Shown here piece by piece: positions 17,749 to 27,928 of a DNA stretch of 64,000 nucleotides. The notes beneath the pieces were generated by a model, which was not told the DNA's origin, ran no database searches, and was given only the letters and a program-made list of their open reading frames with translations. The stretch is taken from assembly GCA_964562015.1 (NCBI GenBank), contig CAZLRH010000002.1, positions 24,021 to 88,020 on the forward strand. The letters run 5' to 3'. The stretch's first letter is position 1; each line of letters opens with the position of its first letter. The DNA comes from an uncultured Opitutales bacterium. GTDB taxonomy: Bacteria > Verrucomicrobiota > Verrucomicrobiia > Opitutales > JABDGR01. The position numbers and the translations under genes are program-made.

Positions 17749-18483
17749 TTAAAAATCATACCCGCCCCGGAAATTGCGCCAGATGATTTTGAGCACGTCA
17801 CAACCGTACTTGATGGGTCGCAGGTGGGATTTCTCATCGCCGTAATGCGTGGGAATCGGCAAATCGGCGATGCGGAGTTTTTTCTTGCCGGCCATCAGCA
17901 GCATCTCGCCGTCAAAATGAAACGTGTCGCTCAGTTTTTGAAAGGGGATGCTTTCCAAGGCGCGGCGGTTGTAGAGCATGTAGCCGCTGTGGAACTCGGA
18001 GAGGTTCATGCCGTAACAAAGATTTTCCAGCTTAGTCAGGGCGATATTCGCGAGCCATTTGTACATCGGCATGCCGCCGGCAAGCGCGGACCGGGGATTT
18101 TTCATGCGCGAGCCGAGCACCACATCGGCCTCGCCGCGCATCAACGGCGCGTACAGACGCTCCATGTCTTCGGGTGCGTACTGGCCGTCGGCATGAAGGA
18201 GCACCCCGATGTCCGCACCGAGTTCCAGGGCGCGGGCAAAGCCCGTCTTCTGCGCGCCACCATAACCGCGGTTGGCGGCGTGTTCGACGACTTCGAGTTG
18301 CGGGTATTCGCGTTTTATTTCCTCGCTCACCGAGCGGCGAATCTGCGCGCCTCCGTCTTCGACCACCACAATGCGGTGCAAGCCCGCCAACACCGGGCCG
18401 GGGATGCGTCGCAAAACGCCAGGAAGAGTCTGGTCCGCCTGATAGGCGGGAATGACCACCACAATCTTTTTCCCCACGCTCAT
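17749..18483 (-). CDS. family 2 glycosyltransferase (polyprenyl-phosphate sugar transferase-like)
   Basis: KIVVVIPAYQADQTLPGVL, VVVEDGGAQ, DxD region LHADGQYAPED. ATGA overlap with the upstream epimerase gene. Confidence 0.8.
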   Translation of the reverse strand: MSVGKKIVVVIPAYQADQTLPGVLRRIPGPVLAGLHRIVVVEDGGAQIRRSVSEEIKREYPQLEVVEHAANRGYGGAQKTGFARALELGADIGVLLHADGQYAPEDMERLYAPLMRGEADVVLGSRMKNPRSALAGGMPMYKWLANIALTKLENLCYGMNLSEFHSGYMLYNRRALESIPFQKLSDTFHFDGEMLLMAGKKKLRIADLPIPTHYGDEKSHLRPIKYGCDVLKIIWRNFRGGYDF

Positions 18484-19484
18484 TGGAACAACTGCTCCGT
18501 CCAGGTCTTGGGGCAACGCGTCGACCGGATTTCCACATCGAGATGATAACGAAATTTCCGCGGTCCGCGTTCCTCAATCCAGGCGGCGAGATTTTTCACG
18601 CTGTCGCGCAGGGTGTGGCGGGTTTCGTAGCCGAGCAGGCGGCGGGATTTTTCCGCGCTGCACGAGGCCAGTTTGATTTCCCCCGGACGGGCGTCCACGA
18701 AAACGGGATCGAGTTTTTTGAAGCCGACGGTTTCCGCGATGATTTCCGCCAATTCCAAAATGCTGACAAATTCCTCATCCGGACCGACATTGATGGTTTC
18801 ATTTGTGCCGGCCGTGAGCGCCCGGACAAAGCAAGGGACGACGTCGCGGATGTCGGAAAAGCAGCGCTTCTGCTTGCCGTCGCCATAAATGATGGGTTGT
18901 TTGCCGCGCAGCATGAGGTTGATCATGATGCTGGCGACATTGCGGTAGGGGTCATCGTACTTCTGGTGCGGGCCGATGATGTTGTGCGGCACCAGGTTGA
19001 CAAATTCGAAGCCATGCACGGACGCGAGCACTTCGAGGATTTTCTCCGCAGCCACTTTCGCAATGCCGTAGGGGTCCACGGGATTGGGCGTCAGCCCTTC
19101 GTGAAAAGGCAGCACCGATTGACGGCCATAACGCGCCATGCTCGAACAATTAATCACGCGGCGGATTTTGTTGGAGGCGCAGGCGGTAAAAACCGTGGAC
19201 GAAATCTGCACCGTGTTTTGTGTGACCAAATGCGGGGAGAACATGCTCAGGCCCTCGTAAGCGGCGCAGGCGGCATGGATGACCACGTCGCAACCCGCGG
19301 TCAGCTTCTTCATCGTGTTCAGAAACTGGCAGTCCACCTGGTGAAATTCGGCGTCCTGCGGCACATTGTCCAGATACCCGCCGATGAGCGTGTCGCACCC
19401 GGCGACCTGATGGCCTTGGGCCAGCAGTTCCAACGCAACTTGGCTACCGAGAAAACCGGCGATGCCGGTGATGAAGACCTTCAT
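18480..19484 (-). CDS. NAD-dependent epimerase/dehydratase family protein
   Basis: MKVFITGIAGFLGSQVALELL Rossmann motif, catalytic YGIAKVAAEK (YxxxK). The ORF-track 5' extension to 20102 is rejected as non-coding. Confidence 0.85.
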   Translation of the reverse strand: MKVFITGIAGFLGSQVALELLAQGHQVAGCDTLIGGYLDNVPQDAEFHQVDCQFLNTMKKLTAGCDVVIHAACAAYEGLSMFSPHLVTQNTVQISSTVFTACASNKIRRVINCSSMARYGRQSVLPFHEGLTPNPVDPYGIAKVAAEKILEVLASVHGFEFVNLVPHNIIGPHQKYDDPYRNVASIMINLMLRGKQPIIYGDGKQKRCFSDIRDVVPCFVRALTAGTNETINVGPDEEFVSILELAEIIAETVGFKKLDPVFVDARPGEIKLASCSAEKSRRLLGYETRHTLRDSVKNLAAWIEERGPRKFRYHLDVEIRSTRCPKTWTEQLFQ

Positions 19485-19561
19485 GGGGCAAAAAGTGGCA
19501 TTCCCACTCGGATTGAATCTAGCAAGATTCGCCCGTAATCCAATGGTCAATTTTGGCCGGA

Positions 19562-21603
19562 TTACAATTGTTCCGCGATTTCCCGGACCTTTTCCGTTAC
19601 CGCCTGACATTGCGTGCCGACACACAATTGCATTCCAGCCGGTTGCGCAGAGTCGTTGTTCGCATTCACTAAAAATACGGGCCGATAAGGCCGGGACGCG
19701 AGGGCCGCACGCAGGGCGGTAAAATCGCACGCGCCTTTGATTTTGAGGACCGCGACCCCGAGCGCATCCCAGGTGAAGGCCGTCAGCGCATGGGACACGC
19801 CCGTGGGCGCGCGGGTGACGAGCCCGGCGTAGGCCTTTTTCAAGTCGCCGAGTTCCGCGGCGTAAGAGGCGTCGCCGGTCAGCGCGTGCAAAAAGGTGAA
19901 AACGTGGGCGAGAGCGGAATGCCCGCTGGGTTGCGCGCTGTCCCACCAGGTCTTCTTCCGCACCGCCAGCGCCTCGGCATCGACGGCAGTAAAGAAATAG
20001 CCGGCCTCCGTGGCATCGCGAAAATACGCGCGGGCGGATTCGACGAGCGCCTGCGCACGTTTGATATAGATTGTGCCAGTGCCCGCGCCAGGCGCGGCCC
20101 ATTCCGCATAGGCGGCCAGGGCCAGCAACGCTTCGGCGAAAAAGGCGTAGTCGTCCAAAAAGGCGACGGGTGGCTTTGTTTTTGCCGACGCGGTGTTTTC
20201 GCGGGCATCATAAAATACGGATTGCAACCGTGGCCGGCCCTGGGCGTCGTCGCGCCGCAAATTGTCCCAGAGCCAATCGGCGGCCCGTTGCGCGGCGGCG
20301 AACCAATCCGGACGGTTCAGCGCCCAGGCCGCCTCGGCCAGCCCGCGAATGGCGAGGGCGTTCCAGGCCAGCACGATCTTTTTGTCCTTGGCCGGTTGCG
20401 GACGCAGCTCGCGCGCGGCGAGCAATTTCGCGCGGGCGGGCGCCAAGGCGGTCCGCTTCGCGAAATCATCCTCGACCAGCGCAGGGTTGGTGAAATTGTC
20501 CTCAAAATTGCCGCGCTCCGAAATGCCGTAGGCCGCGCAGACCGCCTGCGCCTCCGCGGCGCCCAAGACTTCGCGCACCTGTTCGGGCCGCCAGACGTAG
20601 GTGCCGCCCTCATGGCCCTCGGTGTCGGCGTCGAGCGCCGCATAAAACGACCCTGCGGGATGGCGCATTTCGCGAAACAGCCAGCCCACAATTTCCTCGG
20701 CGACGGCACCGTACAACGGTTTTTCAAAACGCCGGTGGGCCTTGGCGTAAAGGTCGAGCAGCAGCCCGTTGTCGTAGAGCATTTTTTCGAAATGCGGAAT
20801 CAGCCATTTCTCATCCACGCTGTACCGGCAAAAGCCGCCGCCAAACTGGTCGAACATGCCGCCGTGGGCCATTGCGCGCGTGGTGGTGTTGATGACCTCA
20901 TCCAGCCGCGCGGCCAGCCCTCGGGTGCGTTCCGCCGCGGCGGTGGCGCGCACGGCGAGCAGAAAATCCAGCGTCATGGCCGGCGGAAATTTCGGCGCCT
21001 GGCCAAAACCGCCCCAGGTGTCGTCGTGCAACGTCGTGATGGCGTGCGCGGCCTGCACCAGCGCGCGATTTTCCAGCGGCTGCCCGGTCGCGCCCATCGC
21101 CGCATTCGAATGGGCGAGATTTTTTACGATGTTCTCCGCGTTTTCGTTCAACTCCTTTTGGTTGCGCGTGTAAAAATCCGCCACCCGCATGAGCAACTGC
21201 GGCCACGGGATGATGCCCTGGCCGGAATCCGACGGCGGAAAATAAGTGCCGCCGAAAAACGGGCGCTGGTCCGGCAGGCAAAAGGCGTTCAGCGGCCAGC
21301 CGCCGTGCTGGGTGAGCATTTGCACCGCTTCCATGTAAACCTGGTCCACATCGGGCCGTTCCTCGCGATCGACTTTGATGCAAATGAAGTGCCGGTTCAT
21401 CAAATCCGCGATATAAGCGTCTTCAAAACACTGGTGCGCCATGACGTGGCACCAATGACAGGCCGAGTAGCCGACGGACACCAACACCGGTTTGTTCTCA
21501 ACGCGGGCGCGGGCCCAGGCCTCGTCGCCCCAGGGGTACCAGTCCACGGGGTTTTCAGCATGTTGCCGGAGGTAAAGACTCTGTTCGTGCGCAAGGCGGT
21601 TCA
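19562..21603 (-). CDS. thioredoxin-domain protein, YyaL/DUF255 family (Trx-like + six-hairpin glycosidase-like)
   Basis: [45 protein letters not shown] is the hallmark N-terminus of DUF255. Start MNRLAHEQ, preceded by a (TTCCTCC)n leader. Confidence 0.85.
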
Positions 21604-21744
21604 TGGAAAAGGAGGAAGGATGAAGGAGGAAGGAGGAAGGGTGCCAACTTAAAAGCACCCAATCTGAAATTCCTCTCCCAGCCCCGCTCGCTGTCACAAA
21701 AATGAGATTTGCGGTAATACCGTATTTCTGCAATTCTGCTCGTC

Positions 21745-22068
21745 ATGAAAAATACCACCTTGCGGATAAGCCCGCGCGGCACCGTCACACTCCCTAAACT
21801 CTTACGCCAGCAATACGCGTTGGACACCCATGATCTATTGCTGGCCGAGTCCACGGCCGAGGGCATCCTGCTGCGCCCCGCCATCGCCACCCCCATCGAG
21901 CTCTACACCGATGAACGCCTGGCCGAGTTCGCCCAAGAGGAACGCAAACTGGAAGCGCGTTTGCAACGCGAACCGCGCCTGCGCAAATGGGTGGAGGAGG
22001 GCTCGCGCAAATTAGCGATTGAAACCAAGCAGCGCCTCCAACGCCGTGCCACCGCCTCCACGCGTTGA
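21745..22068 (+). CDS. AbrB/MazE/SpoVT-fold antitoxin-like protein
   Basis: LRISPRGTVTLPKLLRQQYAL... is typical of SpoVT/AbrB swapped-hairpin antitoxins (VapB-type). Followed 13 bp later by a PIN gene. Confidence 0.6.
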   Translation: MKNTTLRISPRGTVTLPKLLRQQYALDTHDLLLAESTAEGILLRPAIATPIELYTDERLAEFAQEERKLEARLQREPRLRKWVEEGSRKLAIETKQRLQRRATASTR

Positions 22069-22089
22069 CCTTCTTCGCCAGTGCCGCCC

Positions 22090-22482
22090 ATGAGTTCCGC
22101 GAGAGTTTTTGTGGCTGCCAATATCTTGTTCTCGGCCTGCCGACCGGGTCCAGCCTTGGGCGGCCTGCTCTTCCGCCTGGGCCAAGAGGAACGCCTGGTG
22201 ACCTGTGCCTTGGCGATCGAAGAAGCCGCGCGTAATCTGGAAAAGAAGCGGCCACAGTGGTTCCCACGACTCGCGCTCTTTATCCCCACCATCCAGCGCG
22301 TGCCACTAGGTGAATGCCCGGATGACATCTCCCTGCCCGCCAATGACGGCATGCTCTTGGGCGCAGCCATTGCCGCAGGCTGTGCGATTTTTCTGACGGG
22401 CGACTGCGGAGACTTTGGCCACCTTTATGGGCGGGTCATCGTCGGCGTGCGCGTCTTGCCGCCCAGCGAATTTAATCCTTAG
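22090..22482 (+). CDS. PIN-domain protein (VapC-like toxin homolog; first catalytic Asp replaced by Ala)
   Basis: ARVFVAANILFSA (PIN beta1, normally vxvDtNvl), EEAARNL, PANDGMLLGAAIAAGCAIFLTGDCGDF (conserved C-terminal LVTgD-type motif). ATG at 22090 inside the GTG-initiated ORF 22081. Confidence 0.55.
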   Translation: MSSARVFVAANILFSACRPGPALGGLLFRLGQEERLVTCALAIEEAARNLEKKRPQWFPRLALFIPTIQRVPLGECPDDISLPANDGMLLGAAIAAGCAIFLTGDCGDFGHLYGRVIVGVRVLPPSEFNP

Positions 22483-22604
22483 GTGCTCTCTGGTGACCGC
22501 AGCGAAAGGCCGCCAAGAAGGGAGATGAGTTGCTGTTCAAACCGCCGGCCCCCCTTTCTTTTTATTCTACATTCCACCTTCTCCCTTCTACATTCTCTTC
22601 CCCA

Positions 22605-24473
22605 ATGCCCCGCATCCACATCCTGCCCGACCGCGTGGCCAACCAGATTGCCGCCGGCGAAGTCGTCGAGCGGCCCGCCGCCGTCGTCAAGGAACTGCTG
22701 GAAAACGCCCTCGATGCCGGGGCGCTGCATGTGGAAATCGAATTTCGCCACGGCGGCAAATCCTACCTCCGGGTCGAAGACGATGGTCATGGGATGGCGC
22801 CCGACGAGGCGATGCTCTCACTCGAGCGCCACGCCACGTCCAAGATTCGGGAGGCGGCGGACTTGCTGGCGGTGCGGACCTTTGGTTTTCGCGGCGAGGC
22901 GTTGCCGTCCATTGCCAGCGTGTCGCGTTTTCAATTGATGACCCGCGCACGCGAGGCGGCGGAAGGCACCGAAATCCTCGTCAATGGCGGCAAGCTGCTG
23001 CACCAGCGCGCGTGCGGCTGCCCCGTCGGCACGCGCATCGAGGTTGCCCATTTGTTTAATTCGGTGCCCGCGCGCCGCAAGTTTCTCAAGACGGATGCCA
23101 CCGAATCAGCGCATATCGCGCGCCTCGCCCGGCTCTATGCCATCGCGCACCCGCAGGTTGCGTTCACGCTGCTCGAGGACGGGCGCGTGATTTTCCGCTC
23201 GCCGCCCTGCCCGTCGCTGCGCGACCGCGTGGCGGAAATCTGGGGCCGGCGCGCCGCTGACGAGTTGGTGGAATTGCCCGAGACCAGGAACCAGGCCGCC
23301 GGCTTGCGCCTGTACGGGCTGCTGGGGCGACCGGGAGTGGGCCGGCCGACGCGCGACGGGCTCATCACTTTGGTCAACCGCCGGCCGGTGGATTCGCGCA
23401 CGCTGTCCTACGCGATTCTCGAAGCCTACCATACTTACGTGCCCAAGGGCCGCTACCCGCCGGCCATTCTGCTGCTCGAGATAGATCCCGCAGCCGTGGA
23501 TGTGAATGTGCATCCCGCGAAACGCGAAGTGCGCTTTCGCGACGAGGCCGGCGTGCGCCAATTCGTGCTTTCCGCCGTGCTGGCACAATTGCGCACACCG
23601 ACGGGCGAAGGGGCGAAGCCCGAAATTTCAACCTTCAGCGTTCAACCTTCAACATCCAACCCGCAACGCCCACCACCCCAACTCCCCACCCCTGCACCTA
23701 TCATGCAGACGCCGGTCCTCGTGGCGCCCCAACCTTGGCCTCGGCAAGAAAAGCAGAAAGAATCAACCATTCAGCATACGTCTACTCCCGCGGCGTTGTC
23801 TGCCAACCCAAGAACACCTGCGCCAGGCAGTCGCCCTTCATTGGAGGTTGAACGTTCAACGTTGAATGTTGAACGTTCGCTGCCCGTCCGCCTCACGTGG
23901 CGGCTGATCGGGCGCTGGCGCGGGCACCTTTACCTCTTCGAATCGGGCTCGGGGCTGATTCTCTTTAATTCCCGGGCGGCGCACGAACGCGTCTGGTTTG
24001 AGGAATTGCGGGCGCGCTTTGCCGGGGCGAATGCGCCGTCGCAGCAACTCCTCTTTCCCCTGCCGCTCGAACTCGAACCGCTGCCGGCGGCGGCGCTGGA
24101 GGAATTGCGCCCCTGGCTCAATGGCCATGGTTTTGCCCTGGAGCCCTTTGGCCGCAACTTTTTCCGCCTCGAAGCCACGCCCGACTGGCTCGACCCCGCG
24201 CACGCCGAGACCTTTCTGCGCGACCTGGCCGACCTCGCCCGCGAACGGGGCCCAGCGACCGAACTGCCCAACGACGACATCGCGCGCCTCGCCGCCACGC
24301 GCGCCCTGCGTCTCGGTGATCAACCCTCGGAACAGGAGATTCGCTCGTTGGCCCAACGGCTGCTCGGCACCAGCCAGCCGCTCACCTGCCCGCGCGGGCG
24401 CTCGACCTTCATCGAACTCTCCGCGACCGACCTCGCCCGCCGTTTCGGCGGCGACGCGGAGGTGCTTGATTAA
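22605..24473 (+). CDS. mutL: DNA mismatch repair protein MutL
   Basis: RIHILPDRVANQIAAGEVVERPAAVVKELLENALDAGA (GHKL ATPase motif I), ...GFRGEALPSIASVS. C-terminal dimerisation domain present. Start MPRIH. Confidence 0.95.
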   Translation: MPRIHILPDRVANQIAAGEVVERPAAVVKELLENALDAGALHVEIEFRHGGKSYLRVEDDGHGMAPDEAMLSLERHATSKIREAADLLAVRTFGFRGEALPSIASVSRFQLMTRAREAAEGTEILVNGGKLLHQRACGCPVGTRIEVAHLFNSVPARRKFLKTDATESAHIARLARLYAIAHPQVAFTLLEDGRVIFRSPPCPSLRDRVAEIWGRRAADELVELPETRNQAAGLRLYGLLGRPGVGRPTRDGLITLVNRRPVDSRTLSYAILEAYHTYVPKGRYPPAILLLEIDPAAVDVNVHPAKREVRFRDEAGVRQFVLSAVLAQLRTPTGEGAKPEISTFSVQPSTSNPQRPPPQLPTPAPIMQTPVLVAPQPWPRQEKQKESTIQHTSTPAALSANPRTPAPGSRPSLEVERSTLNVERSLPVRLTWRLIGRWRGHLYLFESGSGLILFNSRAAHERVWFEELRARFAGANAPSQQLLFPLPLELEPLPAAALEELRPWLNGHGFALEPFGRNFFRLEATPDWLDPAHAETFLRDLADLARERGPATELPNDDIARLAATRALRLGDQPSEQEIRSLAQRLLGTSQPLTCPRGRSTFIELSATDLARRFGGDAEVLD

Positions 24474-24512
24474 TTCAGATTCGCAAAAATCATTTCTCGC
24501 GGAGTGCTTCGG

Positions 24513-26174
24513 CTACTTTTCCGCCAAGCTCACGGCACCCTGCTGACGCATCGATTGCAAGAGGCCACTGCGCAGATTCGGTGGAAGATTGGCGGTCTGC
24601 GCCCACTGCAACGCTCCCGCGAAATCCTTGCCCATCCAGACGGTCAATACGCGTTTGAGGTTGTCGTCACGCAGTGCGGTGTCCGTAAGCGTCGTCGCCC
24701 AATTGAGCGCTCCGATCGGGTCCTTCCCGGCTTGCGCAGCGACCAGTTCAACCACGGCGGTATTGCGCTGAGCCCCCGGGGCCAAATCATTTATCCAGGC
24801 GGAGGCGGCTGACGGATCCTGCCGCAACCAAGTGGAGACCACCGCCTGGGTTGACGCCTCGAGCAACGGGCCGGCGGGAATCTGCGCGAGCAACGTCGCC
24901 GCCTGGGCTGGATCGCGTTTGGCCTGAGTGCCCATCAGGCTGGCGAGGGCGCCGTCTTGGCCCGGCCCTGGCGGCAGGGCTCCGGCCAGGTTCCACGCCG
25001 ACGAGAAATCGCTGGCGGACATTTGCACCAGCACGTTGCTCAAGGCCAGATCGCGCGACGAGCCCCCAGGCAGGTTTTGCACAAAGGCCAGGGCCGCGTC
25101 GGGACTGGACTTGGCTAAATTCGAGGCGAGGACGGGTGCATCCACCGCATAGATACTTGGATCCGCGGAAGCATTGACGAAGGCCAGCGCCGCGGCGGGA
25201 TCGTTTTTGGCCCAGACTAAAACGATCGACTGCAAGGCCCCAGTCCGGGCCATTGCATCCGCGTCGGGCAATTTCTGGGCCCAAGCCAGCGCGCCTCCGA
25301 GGTCAGTCTTGGTCCAACCGTTCGCCATGCTGGCAATGGCGGTCGCGCGCAGCGCCGGGTCCGTCACTTTGTCCAATAAGGCGACGGCACTGTCAAGGTC
25401 GGGCTTGTAAAACGAAAAAGTACTTCGAATCACGCCGCCGGGCAGCGTGGTGGCCTCCACTGGTGGTTTCGTTAAACTGGTGAAAATGAAGGCGAGCGTT
25501 TTTTGCAAATCCTCAGCGGAAGCAAATTGCGTCAGCAGTTCCAACGCGCCCTCCGAATTGCCCGCCCGGGTCATCCTCATCGCCACCGCCGAGGCCGCTT
25601 TGCTGCGGTCCCCGGGATTCTCCAACAAGCTCAGATAGCCCGCCGCCACCTCCGGCGCAGCCAGGTCTCCAAACGCACCGGGCGAAACCCCGAGGAGGCC
25701 TTTGAGCAGAGTTTGAGCGTCGGTTTCGGGGAGGCTGGCAGCCCAGGCGAGCGTAGTGTTCTCGTCTTCGCGTGTCCACCGCAGGGCGACACTGCGCAGG
25801 GCCGCAGTGCGCAGCTCGCCCGGCGGGAAATTGGCCGCGGCGGCCGCGGCGGCGAAGATCGGCATGTTTTTCAATACGTCTAACACGGCGGCGGTCGCGT
25901 CCTTGGCCCCCTCCGGTAATTCCCCCGCCAGGATTTTGGCAATTTGCGCGTTGCCCTGCGCCACAGTATAAAGAGCGACCGCCGGACCGCGTCGAGCCGG
26001 AGGCCCGTTCGAACGCTGAAGTCTTTGGCCCGCCGACGGCCTGGAGGTGGATGCCCCTGGCGTGCTCCCGCTGCTTGAGTCGAGCCAAGGACGGCGCCCC
26101 AAGAGAAAGCTCGTGCCGACAGCGGCCAAAACAAAGGCCCCTTGAAAAACCAGGCGTGGTGAGGGCTTTTTCAT
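24513..26174 (-). CDS. repeat-containing secreted/anchored protein, paralog B (about 45-aa W..DP..A..W...LP repeats)
   Basis: N-terminal anchor MKKPSPRLVFQGAFVLAAVGTSFLL. Repeats such as WTKTDLGGALAWAQKLPDADAMARTGAL / WAKNDPAAALAFVNASADPS / WLRQDPSAASAWINDLAPGAQRNTAVV. An alternative GTG start at 26219 is possible. Confidence 0.6.
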   Translation of the reverse strand: MKKPSPRLVFQGAFVLAAVGTSFLLGRRPWLDSSSGSTPGASTSRPSAGQRLQRSNGPPARRGPAVALYTVAQGNAQIAKILAGELPEGAKDATAAVLDVLKNMPIFAAAAAAANFPPGELRTAALRSVALRWTREDENTTLAWAASLPETDAQTLLKGLLGVSPGAFGDLAAPEVAAGYLSLLENPGDRSKAASAVAMRMTRAGNSEGALELLTQFASAEDLQKTLAFIFTSLTKPPVEATTLPGGVIRSTFSFYKPDLDSAVALLDKVTDPALRATAIASMANGWTKTDLGGALAWAQKLPDADAMARTGALQSIVLVWAKNDPAAALAFVNASADPSIYAVDAPVLASNLAKSSPDAALAFVQNLPGGSSRDLALSNVLVQMSASDFSSAWNLAGALPPGPGQDGALASLMGTQAKRDPAQAATLLAQIPAGPLLEASTQAVVSTWLRQDPSAASAWINDLAPGAQRNTAVVELVAAQAGKDPIGALNWATTLTDTALRDDNLKRVLTVWMGKDFAGALQWAQTANLPPNLRSGLLQSMRQQGAVSLAEK

Positions 26175-26215
26175 TGGCGGTGGGAAAAATAATAAACGGA
26201 ATGGCCCAGTCCCCT

Positions 26216-27928
26216 TCACTTCGCAGGGGAAGACGCCTGGGCAAGATTAACGCGCAGCAACGCGCGCTGGGCGGCGGAAAGATTGGCCGACGCCACCGCG
26301 CTCACGGCGGTATCGGGGTCACTTTTCGCCCACGCCGAAACGACGTTCTTAATCTGCGTAAAGCGATCATTGGCATTGCCAATGGAATTGGCGAAGGCCA
26401 GCGCCGCCGCCGGGTCTTTAATGGCAGTCACCGTCACCAGCTTGACCGTGGCGGCATCGCGCTGATCGCCCAGCGGCAACGTTTCGATCCACGCGGCGGC
26501 GGCGGTCGGATCCGTTTTGGCCCAATTGGCGGCCACCGCCACGATGGCGCTTTCGCCGGGAACGCCCGTGTCGTATTTTTCCAGAAAATCAGCGGCTTGG
26601 GCGGGGTCATGTTTGCTCAAGGCCGCCACGAGGCTGTCCATGGCGCCATCATGACCGACCCCGGCGGGCAAGGCCGCGGCCTGAGTCCAGGCGGCGGAAA
26701 AGTCGCTCGCCGCCATCGCCACTAATACGGTGCTTACGGCTTGGTCTTTTTCCAGGCCGCCGGGCAGATTTGCCACCCAGTCCAGCGCGGCTGGCGGATC
26801 CATCTTGGCCATGGCCTGGGCCAGCACAGGCGCAACACTAAGCAACGCCGGCGGATTGGACAGGCCTTGGACATAGGCCAGCGCGGCCGGAAGGTCCTGC
26901 CCCGCCAGGCCGGCCACCGCGGACCGCAAGGCCGCCGTGCGCACGACCCCGTCGGCCTCCGGCAGGGCTTGGGCCCACGCCAGTGCCGCCACCGGGTCCT
27001 TCGCGGACCATTGGTCGGCCAACTGCGCAATGACCGCCTCGCGGTCGAGCGGATCACTCAATTTGACCAGCAAATCCGCGCCGCCGGCCGGATCGTTTTC
27101 AGCCAGATCGGAGAAAATGGATTTTACAGCTTTATCATAAGTTGTACCATTGGCCACCTGATTCAGCCAATCCAGGGCCGCCGCCGGATCGGTGTTGGTG
27201 CGGTCGCGCCAATAACCCATGCTCCAGGAATCAGCGATTTCCGCGATGACTTGGTTGCGCGCGGAGGCATCCGTGAGGTTGGCCACGTATTGGGCCGCGA
27301 GCGCGGGCTGGTGATTGCCGGCGGCGATCAGGGCGTCGGTCAACACCGCCGAATCCGTGGGTGGCAGCGCCACCGCCCAGTCTAACAACGCCCCGGCATC
27401 CCGCCGGGCCCAGCTGTCCGCGGCCCCCACCAAGGCGGCGGTTCGCTCCGGCCCGGGCGGCAGCGCGAGGGCGGCGCCCGCCGCTTTGGTGGCGTTCGCC
27501 GGATTTCCGCCGGCCCACGCGCTGAATGCACTGCGATAGGCCGCCTCGGTCAGTTCCCCATGCGGGAGCCGGGCCAATTCGCCCAACGCGCGCTCGGGCT
27601 GCATCAGCATCATCCGCGACACGCTGAGGCCATCAATATAGTACTGGCCCATCTGATCCACGCTGACCCTTACCCCACCCACTTGATGATCGATCAACGT
27701 CGAATGCGGATAGGGTCGCAGAAAATTATCCCGCGACACCTGCAGCGCCAGCTGGAGGCCAGGAGCGGCCACCGCCGCCGGCCGCGACGAGGTTTCACCC
27801 TTGTCCTCCAGCAGCCATCGCTCCGGAGGCGGCGGCCGCCGCAGCGCGGCTCCGCCCAAAAATGCAGCCACCATGGTCGCCGCCAGGCCTACGACGCGAA
27901 TAGACCGGTGGCGAAATAACCGCGTCAT
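26216..27928 (-). CDS. repeat-containing secreted/anchored protein, paralog A (same repeat family)
   Basis: N-terminal hydrophobic anchor VVGLAATMVAAFLGGAAL. Repeats WSAKDPVAALAWAQALPEADGVVRTAAL / WAKTDPTAAAAWIETLPLGDQRDAATV / WAKSDPDTAVSAV. Similar in length and repeat architecture to 24513..26174. Confidence 0.6.
   Translation of the reverse strand: MTRLFRHRSIRVVGLAATMVAAFLGGAALRRPPPPERWLLEDKGETSSRPAAVAAPGLQLALQVSRDNFLRPYPHSTLIDHQVGGVRVSVDQMGQYYIDGLSVSRMMLMQPERALGELARLPHGELTEAAYRSAFSAWAGGNPANATKAAGAALALPPGPERTAALVGAADSWARRDAGALLDWAVALPPTDSAVLTDALIAAGNHQPALAAQYVANLTDASARNQVIAEIADSWSMGYWRDRTNTDPAAALDWLNQVANGTTYDKAVKSIFSDLAENDPAGGADLLVKLSDPLDREAVIAQLADQWSAKDPVAALAWAQALPEADGVVRTAALRSAVAGLAGQDLPAALAYVQGLSNPPALLSVAPVLAQAMAKMDPPAALDWVANLPGGLEKDQAVSTVLVAMAASDFSAAWTQAAALPAGVGHDGAMDSLVAALSKHDPAQAADFLEKYDTGVPGESAIVAVAANWAKTDPTAAAAWIETLPLGDQRDAATVKLVTVTAIKDPAAALAFANSIGNANDRFTQIKNVVSAWAKSDPDTAVSAVASANLSAAQRALLRVNLAQASSPAK

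Noticed and set aside
19485-20102. 5' extension (about 205 aa) of the epimerase ORF 18480..20102
   Set aside because: The extension has no homology and overlaps the 3' end of the thioredoxin-domain gene. The canonical Rossmann N-terminus MKVFITGIAGFLGS with an ATG at 19484 is the real start.
22483-22604. ORF-track N-terminal extension of mutL (MLFKPPAPLSFYSTFHLLPSTFSSP...) and overlapping small ORFs
   Set aside because: This is translation of the CT-rich leader. MutL homology begins at MPRIHILPDR (22605).
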